NCBI GenBank assembly: GCA_010909165.1
Contig: VJWM01000025.1
Span: forward strand, 930,001 to 994,000
Direction of reading: 5' to 3'
DNA: 64,000 bases
From: Anthoceros angustus
Taxonomy: Eukaryota > Plantae > Anthocerotophyta
Of the stretch, positions 23,990 to 33,790 are shown piece after piece. Below the pieces are notes generated by a model, which did not search any database, was not told the DNA's origin, and saw nothing but the letters and a program-made list of their open reading frames with translations. Position numbers and translations under genes: made by a program. How positions within the stretch are numbered: the stretch's first letter is position 1; each line of letters begins with the position of its first letter.

Positions 23990-24290
23990 GTCCCCGAGAG
24001 GAAAGCACAAGCCCACGTAATGGCCAAGGATGGTAGAAGTGACACAAGAGATTTCACCAAGTTTGTTAAGACCTATGCCAAGGCTTATGAATTTGGCAGG
24101 AACGGGGTGAATCCCCCACTATTATGTGTGGTGGCATTCTTCCGATAACGGTGTGGGTCTCCCACTATCGTGTGTGGTGCCATTCTTCAGACAACGGGTG
24201 TGGGTCTCCCACTATTATGTGTGGTGGTATTCTTCCAACAACGGGTGTCCATCGCCCTACAAAAGGCACTGGCCAACGCTATCTTCATGA
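23990..24290 (+). mobile_element. 3' remnant of an RLE-type (CRE-like) non-LTR retrotransposon
   Basis: RDFTKFVKTYAKAY...FFQQRVSIALQKALANAIF resembles the C-terminal QRxSxALQRxNA motif of RLE elements and is homologous to 32363-32615. Confidence 0.45.
24115..24248 (+). repeat. ~47-bp tandem repeat, 3 copies
   Basis: CCCACTATTATGTGTGGTGGCATTCTTCCGATAACGGTGTGGGTCT-like units start at 24115, 24161 and 24208. Confidence 0.9.
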
Positions 24291-24313
24291 CGCAACACAT
24301 GTTTCACATGCCC

Positions 24314-24529
24314 TATTATTTTTCGTGTGGGAGCGGGAGCAATGGATGTTCGAGTATCAAATTCAATGTTATTCAGAGGTCTGGAGGTTCACGTAGTTAT
24401 GTGTGTGTGCGTGGTGAAGCATCACCACTGAAACGCTACCTATCGCGTAACCGTCTTACTTACTCGTTAGTATCCTGACTTGAGAATGGAACGTGCCCTA
24501 AGGACCTTAAATATTTATTATTACTAATA
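24314..24529 (-). repeat. 3' LTR of the copia element (216 bp, TATT...AATA ends)
   Basis: Direct repeat of 30849-31054 with 8 substitutions and one 10-nt indel by manual comparison. A PPT-like CTAAGTGGGAG (minus) is adjacent at 24530-24540. Confidence 0.9.
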
Positions 24530-25174
24530 CTCCCACTTAGTGTTTAGACCTTAGGCTTGGTTCCTTTGTCTTGCATATACTTAGTTAATTCGGATAGTCT
24601 CCTCAGTCCCATATTGGCTGAATGTTCTTAATGTTTCACGCTGCCCAATGCCTTCATTAGTACATCTGTTGTCATCTGCTCTGTTGGGCAGTATAGCACC
24701 ATAAATTTGTCGTTATTTACGACTTGCCTTATGAAGTGAAATTGTACTTCTACATGATTTGTGCGTGCGTGAAACTTTGAGTTGTAAGTTAGCAAAATAG
24801 CACTCTGATTGTCGCAGAACAAGGGTCTTGGTATCTGCTGAGTCTCTCCTAGCTCCGTGAGTTCGTAGAGCTGCCAAAGTCCTTCCTTGCATGCATGGGT
24901 TAAGGAGCAGTACTCGGCCTCTGTTGAGCTGAGTGCAACTGTTTACTGTCGTTTGCTGCTCCAACTTGTTGCTGTCCCGCCAAGTAAGTAGACATAGCTG
25001 CTTATGCTCTTTTCTGTCGTCGATATTGCTGGCCCAGTCAGCATCACTAAAACCCCGGAGTTGTAGGGGGTGATGTTGATGAATTTGACAATGGTAAAGG
25101 AGTCCCATGTCCGAGGTAGCCCTTAGGTACCTGAATATTCTCTTGATTGCCTTCCAATGAGCTTGAGTAGGAGC

Positions 25175-28100
25175 TGATATGTTAAAGGTCACCATATAGA
25201 AAGGCGGTTTTTATATCTAACTGCATGAGTTCGTAATTATGATGGGAAGCTAGTGCCATTAGGATCCTTAATGAGGTGATTTTTAACACGGGGCGAAAGG
25301 TCTCATCGTAGTCAAAGCCATGTTTCTGTGAGTAGCCTTTAGCCACTAATCTAGCCTTGTATCTTTCTATGTTGCCCTCAGCATTTAGTTTAATTTTAAA
25401 GGTCCATTTAGAGCCAACTAGTTTTCTACTCTTAGGTAGTGTAGTTAGTGTCCAAGTTTTGTTAGCTCTTAGTGAGTCTAGTTCTGACCTGATGACTTTC
25501 TTCCAGTTCTCCTTTTCTGGGCAAGTGATGGCCTCCTGGTAGTTGGCTGGAACGAATTGATCTATAGCTGTGGTAAGGCAGTATGCTAAAGTGTTTTTAG
25601 GGTCTTTCCAGTTAGTAGGAGAATACCTATTTATCTTGCCTGCGTTAGAACGCTGAGGGCGTCTTCCCCTATTGTCAATAGTGTTGTCAGGTTGTGTAGG
25701 ATCCTCATAGGTGTTCTTGTGATTAAAGTCCTCATATTCGGCATTCTCTGATATATTAGGAATATCGAGATTAGAATGATTAGGATTTAAGTTTCTGCTT
25801 GCCTTTGGGGTGCCACGCGATGCTGATGATGTGCTGCATGGGAAAACATCTGAGCCCGATCCAGGTTGCTGAAGCGGGCTGGATTGATCGCCGTGCGTGC
25901 CTACTCTTGGAGCATGCCAGCGGGCCTGCAGCCATGGAGCTCATAGCGGTGCGGATGGCTCGTCGTGTGGGTGCGCTAGTGGAGCTTCCTCCGGCCGACA
26001 GCGTGAGGAGGAGCTCCTACGAGAAGCCCTGTGGTCGGCGTGGCCATCACCATCTTCGAGCCTGTCGGTGACAGGGTTGCCGTCGAGCCCGCCTATCCCC
26101 CTCTCAAGCCGAGGGCGGTGGCCATGGCTGGTGCCCGAGGTTGGTGACGCAAGGGAGAGATGGCCAGGATCTTCATCAAAGTCGCCGAATATAATATCTG
26201 GAGTGACTTCTGCGGGCGGGGGTGGGAAGCTGGGTGTGGGCGCAAGTGTAGCTGGTGGCAGGGGCTGGGCTGGGGCTGGTTGGTGAGGCGCTGGAGGAGG
26301 GCCGCCGTGAGGTGGAGGCCCTGTGAGGTCGATGTCGTCCTCGTCGCTGTCTCCTGTCTGTGCAGGTTGAGGGTCTGAGGAAGCTCCCACTGGAGGCTGG
26401 CCGTGCATGTATTCCAGGAAGATGACATCGCGAGACTGTGTAATTCTGTGAGTCTGTGGGTGAATCATTTTGTATCCTTTAACACCATCCGTGAAGCTAA
26501 TGAAGATGTATTTCTGTGCCCGGTTGTCTAGCTTTGTGCGGATAGCTTTCGGGATGTGCATATAAGCTATTGAGCCAAAGACTCGAAGTGTGGACATGTC
26601 AGGTTTTGACCCTGTCCAGGCTTCAAATGGTGTGATTTGTGGCAGGGAGGAGGTGAGGCTTCTATTTAGGATGTAAGCTGCGTGAGACATAGCTTCTGGC
26701 CAGTAGGTTTTGGGAAGGTGTGCATGGATCAGCATGGATAGGCCACAGTTCTGTATCGTTCTGTTCATTCGCTCAGCGACGCCAATCTGTTGGGATGACA
26801 ATTAGCCCTGACTATGAAATGCCATTCCAGGGCCTTCCTAACTAGCCACAGTGTGTCGCCCTCACCCTCAGTCCTAGTAGCTTCCTGCCTAGCAGCCCAA
26901 GGATCACATACCTGATACATAGACTCCGGAGCCTCGCAACATGACACCCCACACCGAATACTTCAGCCACATACAGCCTTCAGCATCCTCACACTTTGTC
27001 AGCCTCGGGGATGACAAAGTGGATTACAAGAACTGGGCAGAAAAGCAGACTGGAGAAAACATCCTCACCATACGCACAGATGGTGAAGGTGAGTTTAACT
27101 CTCACCATGCGACTTCTTACAATTAGAGACAACGGTATCAGCAGACAGGTCACCACCCCACAGTAAGTATCTGTGGTTTTGATTTGCCATTCTTTTTCTG
27201 CACTCCTCATATGTGTGTCCGGGTATTTTGCAGTAGCCATAGACCTTCTTCCAGGTTGGGTTATGGGTGCCACGTCCTCTGTAGGGAGCGCCTCTCCCTC
27301 GAAAGCTTTGCCCTCTGAATGGGGGCTTGCCCTTGCCTCTGGATCTGCCGCGGCCTGAGAAGAAGGCGTGTGAAGTCTCCCCGGAGCTTAAAGTAGCTGC
27401 AAGTTTCCTGCGTGCTTCCTCTGTTAGCATGGAGCTAATGACTTTGTTAACCGTGAGTGGGGTTACTCCTTGCAGGGATTGTACCACTATTACCCGATTA
27501 GTAGGGGTGATATGTTAAAGGTCACCATATAGAAAGGCGGTTTTATATCTAAGCATGAGTTCGTAATTATGATGGGAAGCTAGTGCCATTAGGATCCTTA
27601 ATGAGGTGATTTTTAACACGGGCGAAGGTCTCATCGTAGTCAAAGCCATGTTTACGTGAGTAGCCTTTAGCCACTAATCTAGCCTTGTATCTTTCTATGT
27701 TGCCCTCGATTTAGTTTAATTTTAAAGGTCCATTTAGAGCCAACTAGTTTTCTACTCTTAGGTAGTGTAGTTAGTGTCCAAGTTTTGTTAGCTCTTAGTG
27801 AGTCTAGTTCGACGATGACTTTCTTCCGTTCTCCTTTTACGGGCAAGTGATGGCCTCACGTAGTTGGTGGAGCAATTGATCTATAAGTGGTAAGGCGGTA
27901 TGCTAAAGTGTTTTAGGGTCTTTCCAGTTAGTAGGAGAATACCTATTTATCTTGCTGCGTTAGAGCGAGGCGTCTTCCCTATTGTCAATAGTGTTGTCAG
28001 GTTGTGTAGGATCCTCATAGGTGTTCTTGTGATTAAAGTCCTCATATTCGGCATTCTCGATATATTAGGAATATCGAGATTAGAATGATTAGGATTTAAG

Positions 28101-29670
28101 TTTACGCTTGCCTTTGGGGTGCCAGCGATCTTGCGATGTCTTTGCATGGGAAAACATCGAGCCCGATCCAGTTCTTTGGCGAAATTTGGATTGATCGCCG
28201 TCGTGCCTACTCTTGGAGCATGCCGGGCTGCGACCATGGAGCTCATGGCGGTGCGGATGGCTCGTCGTGTGGGTGCGCTAGTGGAGCTTCCTCCGGCCGG
28301 CGGCGTGAGGAGGAGCTCCCTGAAGCCACGTGGTCGGGCGTGGCCATCACCATCTTCGAGCTGTCGGTGACGGGGTTGCCGTCGAGCCCGCCTATCCCCT
28401 CTCAAGCGGGGGCGGTGGCCATGGCGGTGCCCGAGGTTGGTGACGCAAGGAGAGATGGCAGATCTTCATCAAAGTCAGATATAATATGGGTGACCTGCGG
28501 GCGGGGTGGGAAGGCGGGTGTGGGCGCAAGTGTGGTGGTGGCGGTGAGGTGAAAGGTTGGTGGTGGAGGAGGGCCGCCGTGAGGTGGAGGCCTGTGAGGT
28601 CGGCGTCGCCCTCTCCTGTCTGTGCGGTTGAGGTCGAGGAAGCTCCCGGAGGCTGGCCGTGCATGTATTCGGGAAGATGACATCGCGAGACTGTAATGCA
28701 GTCTGTGGGTGAATCATTTTGTATCCTTTAACACCATCCGTGAAGCTAATGAAGATGTATTTACTGCGGTTGTCTAGCTTTGTGCGGATAGCTTTGGATG
28801 TGCATATAAGCTATTGAGCCAAAGACTCAAGTGTGGACATGTCGGTTTTGATCCGCTTCAAATGGTGTGATTGTGGCGGGGAGGAGGTGAGGCTTCTATT
28901 TAGGATGTAAGTACGTGAGACATAGCTTCGGCGATAGGTTTTGGGAAGGTGTGCATGGATCAGCATGGATAGGCCAGCTCAGATCGCTCGCTCATTCGCC
29001 GTGGCCTAACTGTTGGGATGACAATTAGCCCTGACTATGAAATGCCATTCCAGGGCCTTCCTAACTAGCCACAGGGTGTCGCCCTCACCCTCGATCCCTA
29101 GTAGCACCCTGAAGGATCACATACGATACATAGACTGAGCCTGCAACATGACACCCCACACGAATACTTCACCACATACGTCTGACGCATCTCACACTTT
29201 GTCGGCCCTGGGATGACAAAGTGGATTACAAGAAGCGGGCGGCACGAGAAAACATCCTCACCATACGCACAGATGGTGAAGGTGAGTTTAACTCTCACCA
29301 TGCGACTTCTTACAATTAGAGACAACGGTATCAGCAGACAGTCACCACCCCAGTATGTCGTGGTTTTGATTTGCCATTCTTTTTACTCCTCATATGTGTG
29401 TCCGGGTATTTTCTAGCCATAGACCTTCTTCCGGTTGGGTTATGGGTGCCACGTCCTCTGTAGGGAGCGCCTCTCCCTCGAAAGCTTTGCCCTCTGAATG
29501 GGGGCTTGCCCTTGCCTCTGGATGCGCGCTCGAGAAGAAGGCGTGTGAAGTCTCCCCGGAGCTTAAAGTAGCTGCAAGTTTCCTGCGTGCTTCCTCTGTT
29601 AGCATGGAGCTAATGACTTTGTTAACCGTGAGTGGGGTTACTCCTTGCAGGGATTGTACCACTATTACCC
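25175..29670. repeat. Tandem duplication of ~2.3 kb inside the copia element
   Basis: TGATATGTTAAAGGTCACC recurs at 25175 and 27508; GTACCACTATTACCC recurs at 27481 and 29656. Confidence 0.92.
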
Positions 29671-30230
29671 AGGATTCTGGTAGGGTGGTTAGGAGGATCG
29701 CAGCTTGTAGATCCTCTATCATGGTGAAGCCAGTGGAGAGGAACTTGGTGTTCCAGCTGCGATAAAGCATGACATGGTTGTCAACCGGATCGCCTTCTCC
29801 CATTCTCAGGCCGAAGTAATTCTTTAGGGTATGCACAATGTGCATGATGTCATTAGAGGCATAGATTTCATGTAGTTGTGCCCATGCTTGAGCTGTTATT
29901 TCCGCTCCAGATATTTGTTGCACGTTCCCGTGCCTTATGGATTGCATGATGACATTTTTCGCTTGCTGATTCTTGTCTTCCCATGCCTCCTTTTCTGCTG
30001 TAGTGGCTGCTGCGCCATGATGTGGTTTAATGACCGGTGGGCTGCCTATGCCCCCAACGTAGGCCCATAGTTTGCGTTCCTTCAGTATATCAGTGATTCT
30101 GAATTTCAAGACGGCAAAATTGTGCTACTGTCCCTCGAAGCGGTCTTCCTTCGAGAGACTCATGGAAGAACTCATTTTGGCCTGAATTCTGCATGTGTGC
30201 AGGCTGACAGTGTTGGCGTGCCTGTGTGGC

Positions 30231-30772
30231 CTACAGGCTTAAGACATTGTGCCTTACAAGGTAATCTACTTGCAGTCTCATCCTTATGGAGATTAGGAAT
30301 TTTCTAGTTGGATTTGTGTTTGGTTCTCTGGGATTGTAATTGAGGGTGATTAGCTTGTTCATAATGTTGTCCTGTATTTCTGATATCTCCTGGTCTATTG
30401 GGGTGACAATCAAGTTGTGTTGCCTGCAGATGTTAGACATATGTGCTGTTATCTTATCTCTTATGTGTGTTGGGGACAAGTGTGAAGCAATCTCGAAGTG
30501 TGAGGAGTAATCGTGAATTGTCATGATGTAAAAAGGTATGCTACTTGGATGTAGTTCCAGTCGTACTCGGCTGGATCGACAAAACCCCTTAGGTGTAACT
30601 CTTCTGCGATTACCATGAGCACAGAACAGGTCCGTATCCAGGCATAGTGAAGGGGGTTGTCGTTGGCTTCCTTTAGAACGATCTCCTCTCTGTGGCTTCT
30701 CAGGGTTTTTAACTGAGAGGCAATTCTGTTGGCTCTTGCTTGAAGGTGACGCCATCTTTGGAGGCCTGGCAT
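30231..30772 (-). CDS. Putative extra ORF (~180 aa if one frameshift is repaired) between the PBS and gag
   Basis: Overlapping ORFs 30521-30772 and 30231-30755 join in frame if one T is added to the T5 run near 30531-30535. No homology recognised. Confidence 0.4.
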
Positions 30773-30836
30773 TGCGCCAGCGCTTGGTTATCTTAAGTGG
30801 GTTGTTGATGGAATGTCAGGCAGGCCCGGGGCGCCT

Positions 30837-30848
30837 GCTTTGATACCA
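30837..30848 (-). promoter_or_regulatory. Primer binding site for initiator tRNA-Met
   Basis: TGGTATCAAAGC on the minus strand directly after the 5' LTR. Confidence 0.88.
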
Positions 30849-31054
30849 TATTGTTTTTCGTGTGGGAGCGGGAGCGATGGATGTTCGAGTATCAGATTCA
30901 ATGTTATTCAGAGGTCTGGAGGTTTACGTAGTTATGTGTCTGTGCGTTGTGAAGCGTCACCACTGAAACGCTACCTATCGCGTAACCGTCTTACTTACTC
31001 GTTAGTATCTTGACTTGAGAATGGAACGTGCCCTAAGGACCTTAAATACTAATA
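30849..31054 (-). repeat. 5' LTR of the copia element (206 bp)
   Basis: Direct repeat of 24314-24529, immediately followed on the minus strand by the PBS. Confidence 0.9.
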
Positions 31055-31149
31055 ATTAGTGTACATAGTTTGCTCGTATACATCTAACTTCGCCTTACCT
31101 ATTCTCTTTCCGTTCAATTCACTTGTAATGGGTGGTCTTTTGCAAATAA

Positions 31150-32680
31150 TTTGTCGTTCGATAAAATAATAAAAACTGCAAAGAAGTTCTCTCTACCCTT
31201 GCTCACTATAGGGCTCTATCCAGGATTGCCTCTTCAACGCCTGATTGTGTATTTTCTTCACTGGTGGATAACTCTCGCATCCTTGAACCGAAGGACAAGG
31301 TTAAGCTTCTTGCCGTTATTCTCACGTAAGCTCTTATTGCTGGGATTGCGGATCAAACTCTCCAAGTACCGAGACTAGCCTTCGTCGGGGCTCACCCTTC
31401 CTCTATAGTTCCCTTAGGTCAGATTGATTCTGCTCGAGGGTTACGGGTTTTGGGGGTCTTTTTTGGTGATCTCAAATTTGTCGTGAGCTTTTGGACAAAG
31501 TCTTTGCGGATGACCTTTCTCACATCGAAGACCTTTCTTTGCTGGTGAAGCCATAGGTGGCTTTGAGAAGACTGTGAAGACATCACATCTTCATGAAGCA
31601 ACCAAACAATTTTATCCGAGCTGATCCTTGCGTGGAATGTGTTCGTCTACCTGCTTTGAGACAAATGCTCACCAACAAGTTTGTGAAGTCTTTCATAGCT
31701 GTATGGAAGCACTCAGAGCTTGGAATTTGGCTAGTGTCCGAAATGGGGATGCCTAGTGGGAATCAGCGAAATTTATCCAACAATCGCAAACATTGCTTCG
31801 CTTCACTCGCTTGCTCTTAGGCTAGAGGACATCCGCGTCTTGAAGAGGCCAAGCTCATGGCCATGTTGTCCAGGCGCCAATGATGCCACTCTATCTTTTC
31901 TTCTATTTTAACAAGTTCCTCGAGGTGCCCTTAGAAACATGAGCGATCTGCTTATCACCACCACCAGAAGGCAATTTCAGCGCTTAGTCGCTGAAGATTT
32001 GGTCCATGAATCTCTTCGGTGTATTGCATCCCAGCCTGAACAAAGGATTCATGCAATGAGTTTCTACGGTGATGATTTCCACGTCTTCACCATGGACGCC
32101 ACTGTGGGGTAGGTTTTTTTAGAAACTGGCTCTATTTGGCCCCTAGGGCATACACGGCTACGTAAGCTTGATGTTTTAAGGGTAGCCCACTCTTTTCTAA
32201 GCAACCTATGGGCCACTTAGCAACGTTATGCACCTTTTCCCCTTGCAAATTTTTCGCAGTGCCGTCCGGGTGACCAAGTCTTGGTGGCGGGGCAGACAAT
32301 TCGACCCTACACGAGAATACAGATTTGAATTGGTTCTACTAAACCATCCAAATTGGGTGTCAGCTGGAGCAGCGACTTCCAAGGTTACTAAGTAATGGGG
32401 AATGCACGTAGACCACCTCTTCATCTCGCTTGCCTTAGAGACTTATGGGGCATTGGGTGAAGACTTTGATAAAGTTATCAAAGTCTTGTGCCCAAGCATA
32501 CCATGCAAGGACGTATAGAGTGGGGCTCCTTCTCTTCTATTTCATTGCGTTGTTTTGGCAGCCGGGGGTCCATTGCTCTCCAAAGGGCACTTGCAGGGGC
32601 TATCTTACGGATAACAACTACTGAAGATACATCCTCGACTAGTTCAGCCATTCAATCTCCCCAGTTATGATATCGTAAGC
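31150..32680 (+). mobile_element. Degenerate RLE-type (CRE-like) non-LTR retrotransposon
   Basis: GLRVLGVFFG (RT thumb-like) at ~31438-31470; AATSKVTK*...LFISLALETYGALG (RLE K..KY / P..ET.G motifs); SIALQRALAGAIL. Many stops and frameshifts. Confidence 0.5.
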
Positions 32681-33790
32681 GCTAGAAGTGACTTTAGACA
32701 CGGAGCTTAGTTGCTCCTTCTATATTGTGACCCTTAGGGTCTCATTTGATGTCCTTTAATGGATGGGCTCACCATCCCCTGGTTTCCTTAACCCCAAAAT
32801 GATGAGTCCTTCTTCCTTCGTCTGTGCATCTTCTACATTTTTTTTTATTCTGTTTGAGGCCATGCTACCCTTGAGCAAAGTTTGCGGTGTCTTCGGTGGC
32901 CATGACCAATTCTATGACTAGAAAAACAAGCAACCGTGTTCATCAATATCTACATGCGATCGTATGCTAAAATCCCGAAAGATGCCATTCTTGTTGAGTG
33001 AATCCTCCTCGAAAGATGGTACCATTGAAACCATCGGATTTTCTTGCTTGAAAATTTGTTGCTCGCGACTCAAGCATGAGAAGTAGCCAAGTTTTTGTGA
33101 GGAGCTTAGTTGTGGTCTTGTCTTTGGCGCCTCAAGTTTTTTCAACGACCACCATTGCCAAATTTGCACAGAGGACAAAGATGCCCTTCCCGTGGACATG
33201 AGCACCTCCTACTTATGGATCTTGAAAAAAAGTATGTCCTTGAGAAGAAGACTTTTCATTTTTCCCAGCACTTGTGTCTGAAGGCTGGACAATGGTGGTA
33301 ATTTTCAAGCAAAGATCAAGCCGAAAAGATGTTTCTTTAATTGAATATTGAAAATAACGATTATTAAGGGAAAACAGGCCAAAAAATGCCCTGGCGTTCT
33401 CTTAAAAACGCATGCTTTCAATGCCCGTATAAGGAATTTACATCACCTGCGGTACCGGTATTATTGTCTCTCGGCTTTTCAGGAACAAAATACATCTTGT
33501 AGTGGACTGAAATGTCGTTGTGGATAGTACCTGTACCCAGGTGGCAATGGAACCCGGGTTATTAGGGAGTTAAGCTGCCGAGTCGGGCAAGAACCCTAAA
33601 CCTTGCGGACAAGAGGAGAGAATGTTGAAGCGTAGTCGGTCGCGCTTGGAAACATGGTCTCAGCTTTGAAAAATCCTTGCCCCAGTGCCAGTGCACCAGC
33701 ACACCGCATCGTCTCCACGACCTCGATGAAGGCAGTCCGCGGCGGGTGAACTGGTGCAGGATCTCCGCTTCCGCTCTGCTCTCCAGCATC

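Larger units (their letters stand above)
24314..31054 (-). mobile_element. Defective Ty1/copia LTR retrotransposon with rearranged, internally duplicated gag-pol
   Basis: Two LTRs, PBS and PPT. Gag (NFAVLKFRITDIL; ATG 30163 with in-frame TAG at codon 13), zinc knuckle CKIPGHTYEEC, protease DSGAS, integrase [32 protein letters not shown], RNase H GFSDADWA and FCDNQSA. Confidence 0.93.

Noticed and set aside
24115-24248. CRISPR-like array (also considered for 41078-41809 and 52715-52821)
   Set aside because: These are contiguous tandem units without unique spacers, in a eukaryotic context with no cas genes.
30849-30856. Canonical TG..CA LTR boundary (TGTTTTT at 30852 with TAT as PBS spacer)
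   Set aside because: The other LTR also carries the preceding TAT and both end in ACTAATA, so TATT..AATA is more parsimonious. It is not fully excluded.
32700-33500. Short ORFs between the LINE relic and importin-beta
   Set aside because: No motifs, AT-rich, likely intergenic or decayed repeat.
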